A stretch of 64,000 bases of DNA, taken from IMG/VR virus record IMGVR_UViG_3300025809_001850, one strand, 5' to 3'. The stretch is from a virus (lineage: Duplodnaviria > Caudoviricetes). The position numbers and the translations under genes were made by a program. Numbering within the stretch: position 1 is the stretch's first letter; every line of letters starts with the position of its first letter. The notes below the pieces were generated by a model that saw only the letters and a program-made list of their open reading frames with translations, was not told the DNA's origin and ran no database searches. This document shows positions 30,905 through 41,478 of this stretch, in pieces.

Positions 30905-31930
30905 ATGGCAGAAAAACGAAATATACTTGTATGTGGTGGTGGTGGATTCATTGCCGGACATTTAGCAAAAGACCTTCAAGAGCAAGGTCATAACGTACGT
31001 GTGGTTGACAAAAAACCATTAGAGCAGTGGTATCAACCGATTGAAGGAACAGAGCAACTTGTTCTTGATCTTGAATTGCGTGAAAACTGCATGAAAGCAG
31101 CCGAAGGCATGGACATGGTATATAATCTTGCGTGTAACATGGGTGGAATGGGTTTCATTGAAAACAATCATGCTTTATGTATGCTCAGTGTTCTTATTAA
31201 CGTTCATATGCTTGTAGCAGCCAAGGAGCATGGCATCAAAGACTTTCTTTATAGTTCTTCTGCGTGTGCATACCCCACCTTTAAACAAACGGAGATTTTA
31301 AGTGCCTCTGATCAAGCATTGGCAGAACCTGATGCTTATCCTGCTGATCCAGAAAGTGGATACGGATGGGAAAAGTTATTCAACGAGATTCTTACGAACT
31401 TCTACGAATCAGATTATGATATGAATGTTCGCATTCCTCGTTATCACAATGTTTATGGTCCTTATGGAACTTGGCAAGGTGGTCGTGAAAAAGCACCGGC
31501 TGCTCTTTGTCGTAAAATCATTGAAGCAAAATTAAGTGGAAATCACGAAATTGAAGTATGGGGTGACGGAGAACAAACTCGTTCGTTTATGTACATTGAT
31601 GACTGCATCACAGGAATGGATAAAATGTGGGAAAGTGATTATACTAAACCTTTGAATCTTGGAAGCAGTGAAATGGTCAGCATCAATCAACTTATTGACA
31701 TGATTGAAAAACTAGCAGACATCAAAGTTGAAAGAAAATACGATTTAACAAAACCTCAAGGTGTTCGTGGAAGAAATTCTGACAACACTTTAATCAAAGA
31801 AGTCACCGGTTGGGAGCCTAGTGTCGGATTACAAACAGGTTTGGAAAAAACATATGCTTGGATTTACAATGAAATCAAACAAGGAAAACAAGACGCAAGT
31901 TTGAACTATTCCGAAGAAGCAGGTGTATAA
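30905..31930 (+). CDS. gme: GDP-mannose 3,5-epimerase-like NAD-dependent epimerase
   Basis: GGGGFIAGH, NLACNMGGMGFI, YSSSACAYP, YGWEK, HNVYGPYGTWQGGREKAPAALCRK, WGDGEQTRSF and GVRGRNSDN are all hallmark GME motifs. Confidence 0.88.
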   Translation: MAEKRNILVCGGGGFIAGHLAKDLQEQGHNVRVVDKKPLEQWYQPIEGTEQLVLDLELRENCMKAAEGMDMVYNLACNMGGMGFIENNHALCMLSVLINVHMLVAAKEHGIKDFLYSSSACAYPTFKQTEILSASDQALAEPDAYPADPESGYGWEKLFNEILTNFYESDYDMNVRIPRYHNVYGPYGTWQGGREKAPAALCRKIIEAKLSGNHEIEVWGDGEQTRSFMYIDDCITGMDKMWESDYTKPLNLGSSEMVSINQLIDMIEKLADIKVERKYDLTKPQGVRGRNSDNTLIKEVTGWEPSVGLQTGLEKTYAWIYNEIKQGKQDASLNYSEEAGV

Positions 31931-31951
31931 TATAAAAATTGGGAGATAAAA

Positions 31952-32908
31952 ATGGAAGAGAGAACGAAGACAAAATTGTTGTCTTACGTTAATGGTGGTT
32001 ATTTGGACTTTGCTTTAAACTGGTTAAAGTATATTCGTGCATTGAATATGCAGAACATGGTGATAATGTATTGTTTGGATGACGAATCATTTGAACATAT
32101 GTCCACAGAAAAAGACATTGAAAGTAAACGTTGGATAAGTTCTAATTTTCATATAGAAACCACTTCCGAGTTTCACCAAAAAGGATGGGATGCACTAATG
32201 TGGAACAAAATGGAGGCTGCACATCAGTTGCTTACGCAAGGGTACAATGTTCTTTATGCTGATACCGACATCAACTTTTTAAAGAATCCATTATCAGACC
32301 TTGAAAAAATTTGCGAAGAAGGAAATTATGATGTGGCATTTCAAGTTGCAGGTGGAGCAAGCATTTGTCCTGGTTTCTTTTATGCCAAAAGTAATGCTAA
32401 AACAATTCATTTGTTTAACATTGACCGAGAAGATTTCAAACAAGGATACATTGAAACAAACGAAGACGGAGAAATCAAACAACGCAAATTTAAAGAAGAT
32501 ATGATGCTTCTTAATCTTCGTTTGCATCGTGCGATTGAACCTGATGATATAAATTATGTACAACTTAGTGCGAATGGTTATCCACAGGGAGTTCATTGGG
32601 AACGCAACATTAAAAATCGTGGTCGTGAACGAGCAGAACAAGACGCATTTATTGTTCACTTTAATTGTACTGTAGGTTGGAGCAACATTGATGAAATGAC
32701 TGCAAACGGACTTCACAACTTTGATTATCATCAACGTAAAGTATGGAATATGCTTCGTCATGATATGTGGAAAGGAGATGTACCAGAAGGTATGATTGTA
32801 CCGAAGGAAATTGTGGAAATGAAACCAGGACCTTTAACGAAAGCATTTCGAGCAGAAAAACGATCAAGAAGAGGTCGCAGAAAACGCACAGAAAACAAAG
32901 CAAACTGA
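31952..32908 (+). CDS. Nucleotide-diphospho-sugar transferase (GT77-like)
   Basis: YLDFALNW, GYNVLYADTDINFLKNP, CPGFFYAKS, FIVHFN; GGAG SD. Confidence 0.8.
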   Translation: MEERTKTKLLSYVNGGYLDFALNWLKYIRALNMQNMVIMYCLDDESFEHMSTEKDIESKRWISSNFHIETTSEFHQKGWDALMWNKMEAAHQLLTQGYNVLYADTDINFLKNPLSDLEKICEEGNYDVAFQVAGGASICPGFFYAKSNAKTIHLFNIDREDFKQGYIETNEDGEIKQRKFKEDMMLLNLRLHRAIEPDDINYVQLSANGYPQGVHWERNIKNRGRERAEQDAFIVHFNCTVGWSNIDEMTANGLHNFDYHQRKVWNMLRHDMWKGDVPEGMIVPKEIVEMKPGPLTKAFRAEKRSRRGRRKRTENKAN

Positions 32909-32923
32909 TATTTATTATAAAAA
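32909..32923 (+). promoter_or_regulatory. Overlapping TATTTATT and ATTATAAAAA elements before the GHKL gene
   Basis: Both recurrent motifs lie in this short intergenic gap, followed by a GGAG SD. Confidence 0.45.
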
Positions 32924-32943
32924 GTATTTAATGGAGAGAAAAA

Positions 32944-35061
32944 ATGGCAGATAAAATTAAAATAAGAGCAGGTACAGGTTTACAAACTACATTACAAAGT
33001 ACAGTAAACTACGCACAAGCATTCACAGAGTTGGCAAAAAATAGTTTGCAAAATGGAGCAACATATTGTGATATAGACATCGTAAACGCAGAAACAGAAA
33101 CTTACATAAAAGTAACTGATGATGGTCGTGGATTTGATCATGTTCGTGATGAAGAATACAATTTGAATGACTTTGAAAAATACTTCACGTTTGGTACTTC
33201 GTTTGATTTAGACAAACATGGAGATGGACCAAAACTCGGCAAAATGGGTATCGGTGGAAAGGTAAGTAACGATAAATTATCAATTGCAGGTGAATCTCAT
33301 TGGCAAATTCACACCAAGAATATTCACGGAAACTGCTTTGTAGTTGATTTTAATCCACCACAGGGTGCTAATTTCTTTGATGATTATCAACCACGTTGTG
33401 TAGAAGTGAAACCGGAAGATTCTTTAATCAAAACCAAAACTGGAACAGAAGTTAGAATTTTGAATGTCAATAAAGAATTTTTGAATACCGATTATGAAGC
33501 ATCTGTAAAAGCAGAATTGTTGCAATTTTTTGCTCATCTTATTGTCTCATACAAAAAGAACAATAAAATGCTTGATATTATTTTCATGGGAAATAAACTT
33601 GATTTTGATATTGATTTGAACGGAAATTATCGTGGTAAGATCACACGTACATTTAGTTATGAAATTGCAGGTGAAACAAAACATTCCACCTTTGAAATTG
33701 CTCTTAATGAATTTCGTGGAAGAATTCGTAGACAAAAAAACTCAAGTATTGTAAAAGCACTTGAATTAATTTCAGAAGTAAAAGTATGTGACATTCATTT
33801 AAACAATGAAGAAATTATTGAAAATATATTGTTAAAGTTATCCAAAGAAGAAAATACAGATATCGATGATACAGACTTTATGGGTAGAATGCATGGTTTT
33901 ATTGGTTATGTTCGTTGTGATGATTTAAGTAGAATTGAAGATGATCGTGGTATGATTGCAAAAAACATCTCTCACCACGGATTGAATGATGAACATCCTA
34001 TGGTAAAACCATTTCTTGTTGAAGTATATTATGTGGTGATGAAATTATTATACAATATATCTGCTTTGAATGTAAGAAAATCTACACGAACGGTAATGAA
34101 CAAAAATCTTATTGCGTATAATGTCGCAAAACTTTTGGCAAATGATTTTTCTAATGACATGGAAATTCTTACTGACAAAAAAATGTTGGGTTTGGACACT
34201 GTACAAAAAATAGATAACGCAGTTCAAAGAGACGATTTGGTATTAGAAAAATTACTCGGAAATACATACACTCCAACTGATAAACCAAACAAAGAATCAA
34301 CTGATAAACCAAACAAAGAATCAACCGATAAACCAAACAAAGAATCAACTGAAAACGAAACAGAAAACCTTCATACAATTAAACTTGATGAAAAGAACGA
34401 TAAAGTTGAAGACTCCAATACAGCACCAAACTCGGTGACGATAAATGACGAAGAAGTTGCCAAGGAACACAAACAATCAGAATCCTCACCTGCACCTGCA
34501 CCGACACCGAAAACATCGATGGTAGGTTCTATTGTAGATTCCACCAAGAAAAGATTTAATGAAGAGTCTGGTGATAACTCCGAAGCATCAACAGAGTATA
34601 CACAGATGACTCTTCCTGAATATAGAAAAATGTTATTGAAACGTTCTGGACTCAGAATTGATATAGAAGAATTAAAAGATGAAATAACAAGTGGAAATAA
34701 GACTGCAAAGAATACAAATAAACTCAACGAACTTGAACTTGAACTTCACACCATTGAAAATGTAATAAGTGGAATAAAGTTGTTTTATGCGATTGATTAT
34801 ATAGATAATCCTATGGTAATTTCAACTATTCGTGAATATCGTGATGGATTTATCATCGTAGTTAATGAAAACAATGTTCGTTATCGTTCAATTCAGTCCG
34901 ACATCATGTCACTTGCTCTTCATGTTGCAGAAGCAATGATCAAAGAAATCATTTATATTGAAGATAAAACGATTGATAAAGACCGTTTAGATTCTGAGTT
35001 ATCAAAATTCTACGAACGTCATTACAAACAATTACTAGGAAACGATTTACTTTCAATGTAA
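32944..35061 (+). CDS. GHKL (HATPase_c; MutL/Hsp90/MORC-type) ATPase-domain protein, 705 aa
   Basis: Bergerat-fold boxes ELAKNS, DDGRG, GKMGIGGK and GTEVRI; acidic low-complexity linker with a TDKPNKES x3 repeat; coiled-coil-like C-terminal part; GGAG SD. Confidence 0.8.
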   Translation: MADKIKIRAGTGLQTTLQSTVNYAQAFTELAKNSLQNGATYCDIDIVNAETETYIKVTDDGRGFDHVRDEEYNLNDFEKYFTFGTSFDLDKHGDGPKLGKMGIGGKVSNDKLSIAGESHWQIHTKNIHGNCFVVDFNPPQGANFFDDYQPRCVEVKPEDSLIKTKTGTEVRILNVNKEFLNTDYEASVKAELLQFFAHLIVSYKKNNKMLDIIFMGNKLDFDIDLNGNYRGKITRTFSYEIAGETKHSTFEIALNEFRGRIRRQKNSSIVKALELISEVKVCDIHLNNEEIIENILLKLSKEENTDIDDTDFMGRMHGFIGYVRCDDLSRIEDDRGMIAKNISHHGLNDEHPMVKPFLVEVYYVVMKLLYNISALNVRKSTRTVMNKNLIAYNVAKLLANDFSNDMEILTDKKMLGLDTVQKIDNAVQRDDLVLEKLLGNTYTPTDKPNKESTDKPNKESTDKPNKESTENETENLHTIKLDEKNDKVEDSNTAPNSVTINDEEVAKEHKQSESSPAPAPTPKTSMVGSIVDSTKKRFNEESGDNSEASTEYTQMTLPEYRKMLLKRSGLRIDIEELKDEITSGNKTAKNTNKLNELELELHTIENVISGIKLFYAIDYIDNPMVISTIREYRDGFIIVVNENNVRYRSIQSDIMSLALHVAEAMIKEIIYIEDKTIDKDRLDSELSKFYERHYKQLLGNDLLSM
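34276..34347 (+). repeat. 24-nt tandem repeat x3 (AC[T/C]GATAAACCAAACAAAGAATCA) encoding TDKPNKES
   Basis: Read directly from the sequence. Confidence 0.95.
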
Positions 35062-35070
35062 GGTTTAAAA

Positions 35071-35745
35071 ATGATAAACCACGATATTAAATGCATATTC
35101 ATTCATATACCAAGAACTGCTGGTTCAAGTATATCAACTGCGTTATCTCAACGCAAAAAAGATGGTGAACGATTTGAAAAAACAAAACGTGATCCAAACG
35201 AATCCAAGAAGATTCACTTTAGTGTAGAACAGGCACAAAAAATGTTCGGCATGGATGTGTGGGAAGAGTATTTGACGTTCGCATTCGTAAGAAATCCGTG
35301 GGACAGACAAGTATCTCAATATCAATGGAGACTTGCCAAAGGAGAACGAGACGTTGCCAAACGTGACTTTAAAGAGTGGACAAAGTGGAGATGGGAAGGT
35401 TGGTTAAACTGGTTAGAGAATCCACGCAAGGTTATTCGTGGTGTTCCACAACTTGGACACCGTGATCGTGCAGTTGTATTGACAAAAGCATTTGATGAAA
35501 TCTACGATGAAAAAGAAGACAAGATTTTAGTGGACTTTGTGGGTCGTTATGAAAATCTTAGAGAAGATGTTGAAACTTTGTGCGGAAAACTGGGTGTAGA
35601 CAAGGACATCCTGTTACCCCACAAGCACAATGCAAAAAATCGTCCTCATTATACTGAATTCTACGATGATGAAACAATTGAAATTGTTCGTAAATTTTAC
35701 AAGAATGACATTGAAGTTCTTGGGTATAAATATGGGGAAAACTAA
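35071..35745 (+). CDS. Sulfotransferase family 2 (carbohydrate sulfotransferase-like)
   Basis: CIFIHIPRTAGSS, FAFVRNPWDRQVSQY, FVGRYENLRED. Confidence 0.85.
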   Translation: MINHDIKCIFIHIPRTAGSSISTALSQRKKDGERFEKTKRDPNESKKIHFSVEQAQKMFGMDVWEEYLTFAFVRNPWDRQVSQYQWRLAKGERDVAKRDFKEWTKWRWEGWLNWLENPRKVIRGVPQLGHRDRAVVLTKAFDEIYDEKEDKILVDFVGRYENLREDVETLCGKLGVDKDILLPHKHNAKNRPHYTEFYDDETIEIVRKFYKNDIEVLGYKYGEN

Positions 35746-36278
35746 TGCTGTATTTATCTCTTGGGTCACAACCAGTTGTATCGTCTGTATTAAAAGGTTG
35801 TAATTTAAATACGAATTCAACTATTTTCGATAATGTCGGAGATTTATCATTTAAAACATTGTTGTTGTGTTTGAATACCCAATTCAAAGATTTTTTTCCA
35901 CCTGAAAATCAAATTCAAATTTATGGTGGAATTGTAAATGTTATCAATCAAGTTCCATATTATATAATTAAAGATAAAAGAAACGGAACATTATTTTATG
36001 ATGTATTGCCTGTAGGAAAGAAATCGGGTGCAATATACAACGGAGCAAAAACAAGGTATACAAAACTTGCTTCGGAATATACTAAAACAATTCAGACCAA
36101 TTCATCTATAATTTTTGTACGACAAATGCTTGATGATAACGAAAATGATACAATTGAATTGACGAACACTTTAAAATATGTTTATCCATCTTGTAGATTT
36201 TTTTTAAAACACAGATATGCAGGTATTGTGGAGAGTAAATGCTATCTATATTGGAAATCGGAGTTGTGTAAAATATGA
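35745..36278 (+). CDS. Divergent DUF1796-like hypothetical protein
   Basis: LSLGSQP...STIFDN resembles the DUF1796 N-terminus but lacks the conserved Cys. Confidence 0.45.
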   Translation: MLYLSLGSQPVVSSVLKGCNLNTNSTIFDNVGDLSFKTLLLCLNTQFKDFFPPENQIQIYGGIVNVINQVPYYIIKDKRNGTLFYDVLPVGKKSGAIYNGAKTRYTKLASEYTKTIQTNSSIIFVRQMLDDNENDTIELTNTLKYVYPSCRFFLKHRYAGIVESKCYLYWKSELCKI

Positions 36279-37027
36279 AAATATTATTTTTAATATTGGA
36301 TCATGCAAGTGTTTATGACCAATCAATTGCTTGTCAAAGAACATGGGTTAAAAATATTGACACCAGACACGAAATAATTTTTTTAGGTGACACCTCGATG
36401 CCGGGTAATATACTTTTACATGAGGTGTATAAACCTTTACACTCGGAAACTCGGTCAGATATAACTGAAAAAATTGTCAAGGGATTTAGACACTCGTTAA
36501 AAAAAGACTGGGATTATTTGGTCAGATGTGATACAGATGTATATTGTAATATATCTGAATTAGAAAAATTTTTAAATATTTGTGATAAAACCAAACCACT
36601 ATATGCAGGACATGGAGTTTACAGTCAGTCTCCAACGGGACATCCGAATTATATGGTGACTGATTTAAAAGATATACCGAAAAAGAAATACTGGTATTTT
36701 GCCCAAGGTGGGTTTTATATTCTATCAAGGTCTGCACTTGAAAAGACTATTGATGATATGTATTTTCCAGGTCCAATTGAACCGGAATCAGAAGATGTAA
36801 TGGTGGGAGATGTTATGAAACAACAAGAAATACTTTTAAGAGACAGACCTGATTTGTTCAATGTAGGTTGGGTTGGTGAAGGGTGGGGTGGAAACACTGA
36901 GTTGCCGAGAGAGAATACTTTATCTGAACATTTGGATATAATGAATAACAATTTTATTTCGACACACAAAGTAAATGCAAAGCAAATATATGCAATTCAC
37001 GAACTAATTGAAAAAAAATATGGATGA
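36275..37027 (+). CDS. GT31-like (galactosyltransferase/Fringe-like) glycosyltransferase
   Basis: TWVK, DWDYLVRCDTDVYC (DxD), PLYAG, AQGGFYILSRSAL, EDVMVG. Confidence 0.8.
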   Translation: MKILFLILDHASVYDQSIACQRTWVKNIDTRHEIIFLGDTSMPGNILLHEVYKPLHSETRSDITEKIVKGFRHSLKKDWDYLVRCDTDVYCNISELEKFLNICDKTKPLYAGHGVYSQSPTGHPNYMVTDLKDIPKKKYWYFAQGGFYILSRSALEKTIDDMYFPGPIEPESEDVMVGDVMKQQEILLRDRPDLFNVGWVGEGWGGNTELPRENTLSEHLDIMNNNFISTHKVNAKQIYAIHELIEKKYG

Positions 37028-37820
37028 TTATTGTGCATTATATTGTATTGGTGATACAAACTCAGAATATTTTGAGAATGGTTTACTTGTCAGTATAAGG
37101 TCACTTAGAAAAAGTAATCCAAATATACCAATTGAAATTTTTTATACAGATTTAAATAAATCGCAAATAAATAAATTATCAAAATATAATTTGACAAAGA
37201 TTAATCCAACTGGATTTTCGGAAGGAAGTCGTGACGATCTAGGAACTGCTATGTTTTTAAGGTTATATTGTGGAATATTACATAAAAAATATAAAAAAAT
37301 AATTTATTTAGATGGAGATACAATAATATTAGATAATTTAGATAAACTTGCAAATTTAAGTGAGTATCCAATTTATGCAAGAAACTGGATAAACTTAGAG
37401 CATTTGGAAACCAAGTGGAATGAGAAACTTTTCAATGAATTGAAACTTTCAACAAATGATTTCAATATAAATTCAGGTGTGCTTGTTATAGATCCAAAAT
37501 TTATGAATGAAACTAATTTTTGCGATAAAGCAAAAATGCTTGGTAATAATATAGGATTTGAAAACTTATATAATCCAGACCAAATCATTATTTATATGTT
37601 ATGTAAACAATTAAATTGTCTTGGTACATTTGATCTAACATGGAATTTTATGAAATATAAAGATTTTCAAACCGAAGATTTTGAGTTAAAAATAAATTCG
37701 AATAATTTAGTGTGTCCATTTTTATTAAATAAGAACCAATTTGTTAACATTGTTCACTATAATTCTACCGAAAAACCCTGGACGACAAATATGACAGAAG
37801 AGTATAAACAATTTGTATAG
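37020..37820 (+). CDS. GT8 family glycosyltransferase
   Basis: LVSIRSL, MFLRL, IYLDGDTII (DxD), NSGVLVI, DQ, WNF, VHYNSTEKPW. Start moved from TTG 37008 to ATG 37020. Confidence 0.85.
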   Translation: MDDYCALYCIGDTNSEYFENGLLVSIRSLRKSNPNIPIEIFYTDLNKSQINKLSKYNLTKINPTGFSEGSRDDLGTAMFLRLYCGILHKKYKKIIYLDGDTIILDNLDKLANLSEYPIYARNWINLEHLETKWNEKLFNELKLSTNDFNINSGVLVIDPKFMNETNFCDKAKMLGNNIGFENLYNPDQIIIYMLCKQLNCLGTFDLTWNFMKYKDFQTEDFELKINSNNLVCPFLLNKNQFVNIVHYNSTEKPWTTNMTEEYKQFV

Positions 37821-37836
37821 TAATATTTATTTTAGA

Positions 37837-38577
37837 ATGAACAATGTCAAAAAAATATCAATGGTTGTAATGAACTGGTTAAGACCAGAAGTTCTTCAAA
37901 ATCATATTCTTCCTGATATGACAAAATACGAACTCATTGATGAAATCATAATTTCACATGGTCGTGAAGATACTTATTTTGAATTTGACCATCCAAAGAT
38001 TGTCAATCGTAAAGATTGGGGTGAAATAAATGAATATTATGGTCTTAGTCGAAGATTTTTGGCTGCATCGGAAGCAAGTAACGAAATAATATTGATGATA
38101 GATGATGACGAGTATCCAACTGAGGATGCAGTCAAAAAGATGTATGATATTCACACTGAAAATCCAAAAAGGATGATAGGACCATTTGGACAAAATTTAA
38201 GATGGGGTAACTACAACTTACATATGAGGTATGGAGATGTGTGTGTTTTAATAACAAAATGTACAATGTTTGAAAGAAGTTTATGTAATCACTTTTTCAA
38301 GCATATGCCAATTATGCGTGAAATTTTAAAAGAAGGTCAACCTTATTGGAACGGAGAGGATATTTTAATGTCAGCAGTTGCACGATTTCATTATGGGGTT
38401 AATAATCTTGGTGTAAAAAATTGTGGTAATATGAATCCCATTGAAGGTCGTGAAAATAAAAGAAATAGAGCAATTGCGAGTTGGAAAGGGCATCGTGAAT
38501 ATCGTGGCAAAGTAGTGTGGCATTGTGCCCGTTACTTTAATATATGGCACGAATGGACAGGAGAAAGCAATGAATAA
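37837..38577 (+). CDS. GT64 (EXTL2-like) glycosyltransferase
   Basis: RRFL, IILMIDDD, P.RMIGPF, VLITKC, NGEDILMS. Start moved to ATG 37837. Confidence 0.75.
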   Translation: MNNVKKISMVVMNWLRPEVLQNHILPDMTKYELIDEIIISHGREDTYFEFDHPKIVNRKDWGEINEYYGLSRRFLAASEASNEIILMIDDDEYPTEDAVKKMYDIHTENPKRMIGPFGQNLRWGNYNLHMRYGDVCVLITKCTMFERSLCNHFFKHMPIMREILKEGQPYWNGEDILMSAVARFHYGVNNLGVKNCGNMNPIEGRENKRNRAIASWKGHREYRGKVVWHCARYFNIWHEWTGESNE

Positions 38578-39256
38578 TCCGTTTGACTTTTTTGATGAAA
38601 TATACTGCATAAATCTTGAGAGACGAACTGATAGATGGAATCAATGTCAATCTGAGTTTGATAAAATTGGAATTGCTGATCGTGTAATAAAATTTGATGC
38701 TTTTGATAACAAAGAAAATCCCAAGAAGGGTTGTTATGATAGTCATTTGAGTGTTATCAAGTTAGCATATGAAAGAAAACTAAAAAATGTATTGATCTTT
38801 GAGGATGATGTTGCTTTTTTAAAAAAATATGATGATAAAATATTAAGCAAATCAATTAAAAGTTTAAACGAAACAAATTGGGAATTTTTTTATTTGGGTG
38901 GTTTGGAGAGAAGAATTAAACCACGACCAAAATACAACCGTTTATCAAACGAGTGGCAAGGTGAGTTTAACGAAGAGTATGATTATATAATGGAATGTTC
39001 ATCGGTAGGTTGGGCGCACTCATTTGCAGTAAATTGTTCAATATTTGAACGTATTGTGAGTGACTACGACAATAACATTTGGAATGTTCTTGTGGAAAGC
39101 CATGACAGTCATCTTGATAGATATTATCAAGAAGTGCTAAAACCGAAAACTTATGTATGTGTACCTTCACTTACAACACAATACAATTTAGTGAGTGATT
39201 TGACACGCACTCGTACAAACCGAAATTTGAGATTAAATCCAACGGATAATATCTAA
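38570..39256 (+). CDS. GT25 family glycosyltransferase
   Basis: FDEIYCINLERRTDRW, GCYDSH, VLIFEDD, FYLGG, AHSFAVN. Start moved to ATG 38570. Confidence 0.85.
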   Translation: MNNPFDFFDEIYCINLERRTDRWNQCQSEFDKIGIADRVIKFDAFDNKENPKKGCYDSHLSVIKLAYERKLKNVLIFEDDVAFLKKYDDKILSKSIKSLNETNWEFFYLGGLERRIKPRPKYNRLSNEWQGEFNEEYDYIMECSSVGWAHSFAVNCSIFERIVSDYDNNIWNVLVESHDSHLDRYYQEVLKPKTYVCVPSLTTQYNLVSDLTRTRTNRNLRLNPTDNI

Positions 39257-39909
39257 TGAAAAATCCATTTGATTTTTTTGATGAAATTTATTGTATAAAT
39301 CTTGATCATCGCACAGACAGATGGAAAAATGTGCAGACTGAATTTGAAAAACTTGGAATTGCAGATAGAGTGAAGAGAATATCTGCGGTTAATCGTGAAG
39401 ATGTAAAGAAAAAACACGGTGACTTGGTTACACATCTAAGTAATCCTAAACTTGGCCAACTTGCAGTTACAGAAAGTTCACGTAAATGCATAGAAGATGC
39501 AATCAAATGCAATGCAATAAATTGTTTAACATTTCAAGATGATGTTTGTTTTCGTAATTATGATGCTGATTTTTTTCGTGAAGCATTAAATGAACTTCCT
39601 GAGGATTGGGAAACTTTATTTCTTGGGTATGAGTGTTGGAAACGAAGGCAATTGAAACAAATACACTCAGAAAGACTTTTAAGAATTGAAAAGTTTTGGA
39701 TGGCACACGCAGTCGCAAACAATGCAAGAGTTTTTGACAGATTATATTTAGATATAGATAAAATACCAAATCCACTTGAAAACAGAGAAGGATCGCATGA
39801 AGAATTGTTGTGGGACTATAATAATTATGGTTTGAAATATGAACATAGATTTGCATTTCAAGTGGACAATGAAAATGATAGTGATATTAATGACGGAAAA
39901 ATTTTATGA
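39256..39909 (+). CDS. GT25 family glycosyltransferase
   Basis: FDEIYCINLDHRTDRW, LTFQDD, WETLFLG, AHAV. Confidence 0.8.
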   Translation: MKNPFDFFDEIYCINLDHRTDRWKNVQTEFEKLGIADRVKRISAVNREDVKKKHGDLVTHLSNPKLGQLAVTESSRKCIEDAIKCNAINCLTFQDDVCFRNYDADFFREALNELPEDWETLFLGYECWKRRQLKQIHSERLLRIEKFWMAHAVANNARVFDRLYLDIDKIPNPLENREGSHEELLWDYNNYGLKYEHRFAFQVDNENDSDINDGKIL

Positions 39910-40721
39910 AAATAGTAAGTGCGTGTAATTTTGGATATTTGCCATTAACATTAAATTGGTTAAAATCATTAGAACTTCTTGGTTTACAAGAAAATGTATT
40001 ATTGTATTCACTTGATAAAAAAGTGCAAGAAGCATTAAATGAAAAGGGAGTAGAAAATATATTATGGGAGACTACCAAGTTTTCAGACATTCCAGAAGAG
40101 CATAACTCAATTCATTCAGATGCTTGGGCAGACATTGTATTTAGAAAAATAGAGTTAGTAAATGCGACATTGAAATCCGGTGAAGATGTATTTTTCACGG
40201 ATTCCGACATTATCTTTAAAAAGAATCCTATTGAACACTTGGAAGGGATTACCAAGAATTTGGACATGGTTATTCAATGTGAAGGACATCCCACTCGTAA
40301 TCCACTTGCTTGTAGTGGTGTTTATTATGCCAAAAGTTGCGAATCAACAATCAGTTTAACAACGGTTGACCTAGAGTATATGGAATGTGTGGCAAACAGA
40401 CTTGTAGGACTACGTAGAACTCCATTTAAGTTTGATTGCGACCAAGGGTACTTAAATGCAAGATTGGGATTAAAACCACGCACTTGGAAGTTTAACAAGA
40501 TGTTTGCAGATGAAGAAGTTCGTTTAGACGTAATGTCTGAACCACACACCAAGTTTGATTTTCTGTCAAGAGATGAATTTCCAACTGGTGATTATTGGTT
40601 GGACAATCAAGAACGAGTCAAGGATAGATGTTATTTGATTCACTACAATAGTCATCGTCTTCAGGGACCAATGGAGAACAAGATAAATCAAATGAAGAAG
40701 GATGGTAATTGGTTGATATGA
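39906..40721 (+). CDS. GT77-like nucleotide-diphospho-sugar transferase
   Basis: LTLNWL, VFFTDSDIIFKKNP, CSGVYYAKS, DQGYLN, LIHYN. Confidence 0.8.
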   Translation: MKIVSACNFGYLPLTLNWLKSLELLGLQENVLLYSLDKKVQEALNEKGVENILWETTKFSDIPEEHNSIHSDAWADIVFRKIELVNATLKSGEDVFFTDSDIIFKKNPIEHLEGITKNLDMVIQCEGHPTRNPLACSGVYYAKSCESTISLTTVDLEYMECVANRLVGLRRTPFKFDCDQGYLNARLGLKPRTWKFNKMFADEEVRLDVMSEPHTKFDFLSRDEFPTGDYWLDNQERVKDRCYLIHYNSHRLQGPMENKINQMKKDGNWLI

Positions 40722-41476
40722 AAATAAAAAACAACATAACAAATTCATATCCAATCGCATTCCATTTAAATGGTGGATTTGAAAATTGCAAAGTTGGTTA
40801 CGATTTGTTTGACGATGAAACAATAAACAATTGGAATTGGAATTCAACAGAAGAATTGAGGGATGACGTGACTTTGTGTTTTGCAAAGTGGGGTGACGAA
40901 TCCAAGTTTGTATGTACCTTGGATGAGAACTTAAAAAGATTCAATATGTCTTATCTGAATATTGGAGAAAACTTCGATCCAACTAACTTCTCGTATGATG
41001 AATCAAGAGTACGCAAACCACATTTGTTGCATGAAAATTTAAATGAAATTACCACGAAATATATCATGGGGTGGGATGTTGACGTATTTTTTACGGAACA
41101 TCCAAATCACGTAGTTGAGAGATTTGAAAACGAGTTTGATTGTGAATGGTTGTTTAACGCAGAGAATACTTGCTTTCCAATGACTCGTCCACGGAAACAG
41201 GCAATGGGTCTTTATAGAAAGTGGAAGGAACACAATGATCTTGTTGGTGAATCTCCGTTCAAATATTTGAATTCCGGATTGTTCATTGCAAAGGTTGATT
41301 TCTTCAGAGAGATTTTTGAAGATATAATAAACACACCATTGTTTGAAGATCAAACTGATCAAGGTCAGTTTCATCAAATTTATAGAAAGTATTTTCCACG
41401 AATGCAAATTGATTATGGTTGCAGAATTTTTCAGTCTTTGTATAAGTTAGATGAAAATTGTTTGGAGGTGATATAA
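40718..41476 (+). CDS. PLOD/procollagen GT-like glycosyltransferase, apparently circularly permuted
   Basis: MGWDVDVFF, LFNAENTCFP, YLNSGLFIA, DQTDQ, IDYGCRIFQSL; the P..FH.NG motif is at the N-terminus. Start moved to ATG 40718 (ATGA overlap). Confidence 0.7.
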   Translation: MKIKNNITNSYPIAFHLNGGFENCKVGYDLFDDETINNWNWNSTEELRDDVTLCFAKWGDESKFVCTLDENLKRFNMSYLNIGENFDPTNFSYDESRVRKPHLLHENLNEITTKYIMGWDVDVFFTEHPNHVVERFENEFDCEWLFNAENTCFPMTRPRKQAMGLYRKWKEHNDLVGESPFKYLNSGLFIAKVDFFREIFEDIINTPLFEDQTDQGQFHQIYRKYFPRMQIDYGCRIFQSLYKLDENCLEVI

Positions 41477-41478
41477 AA

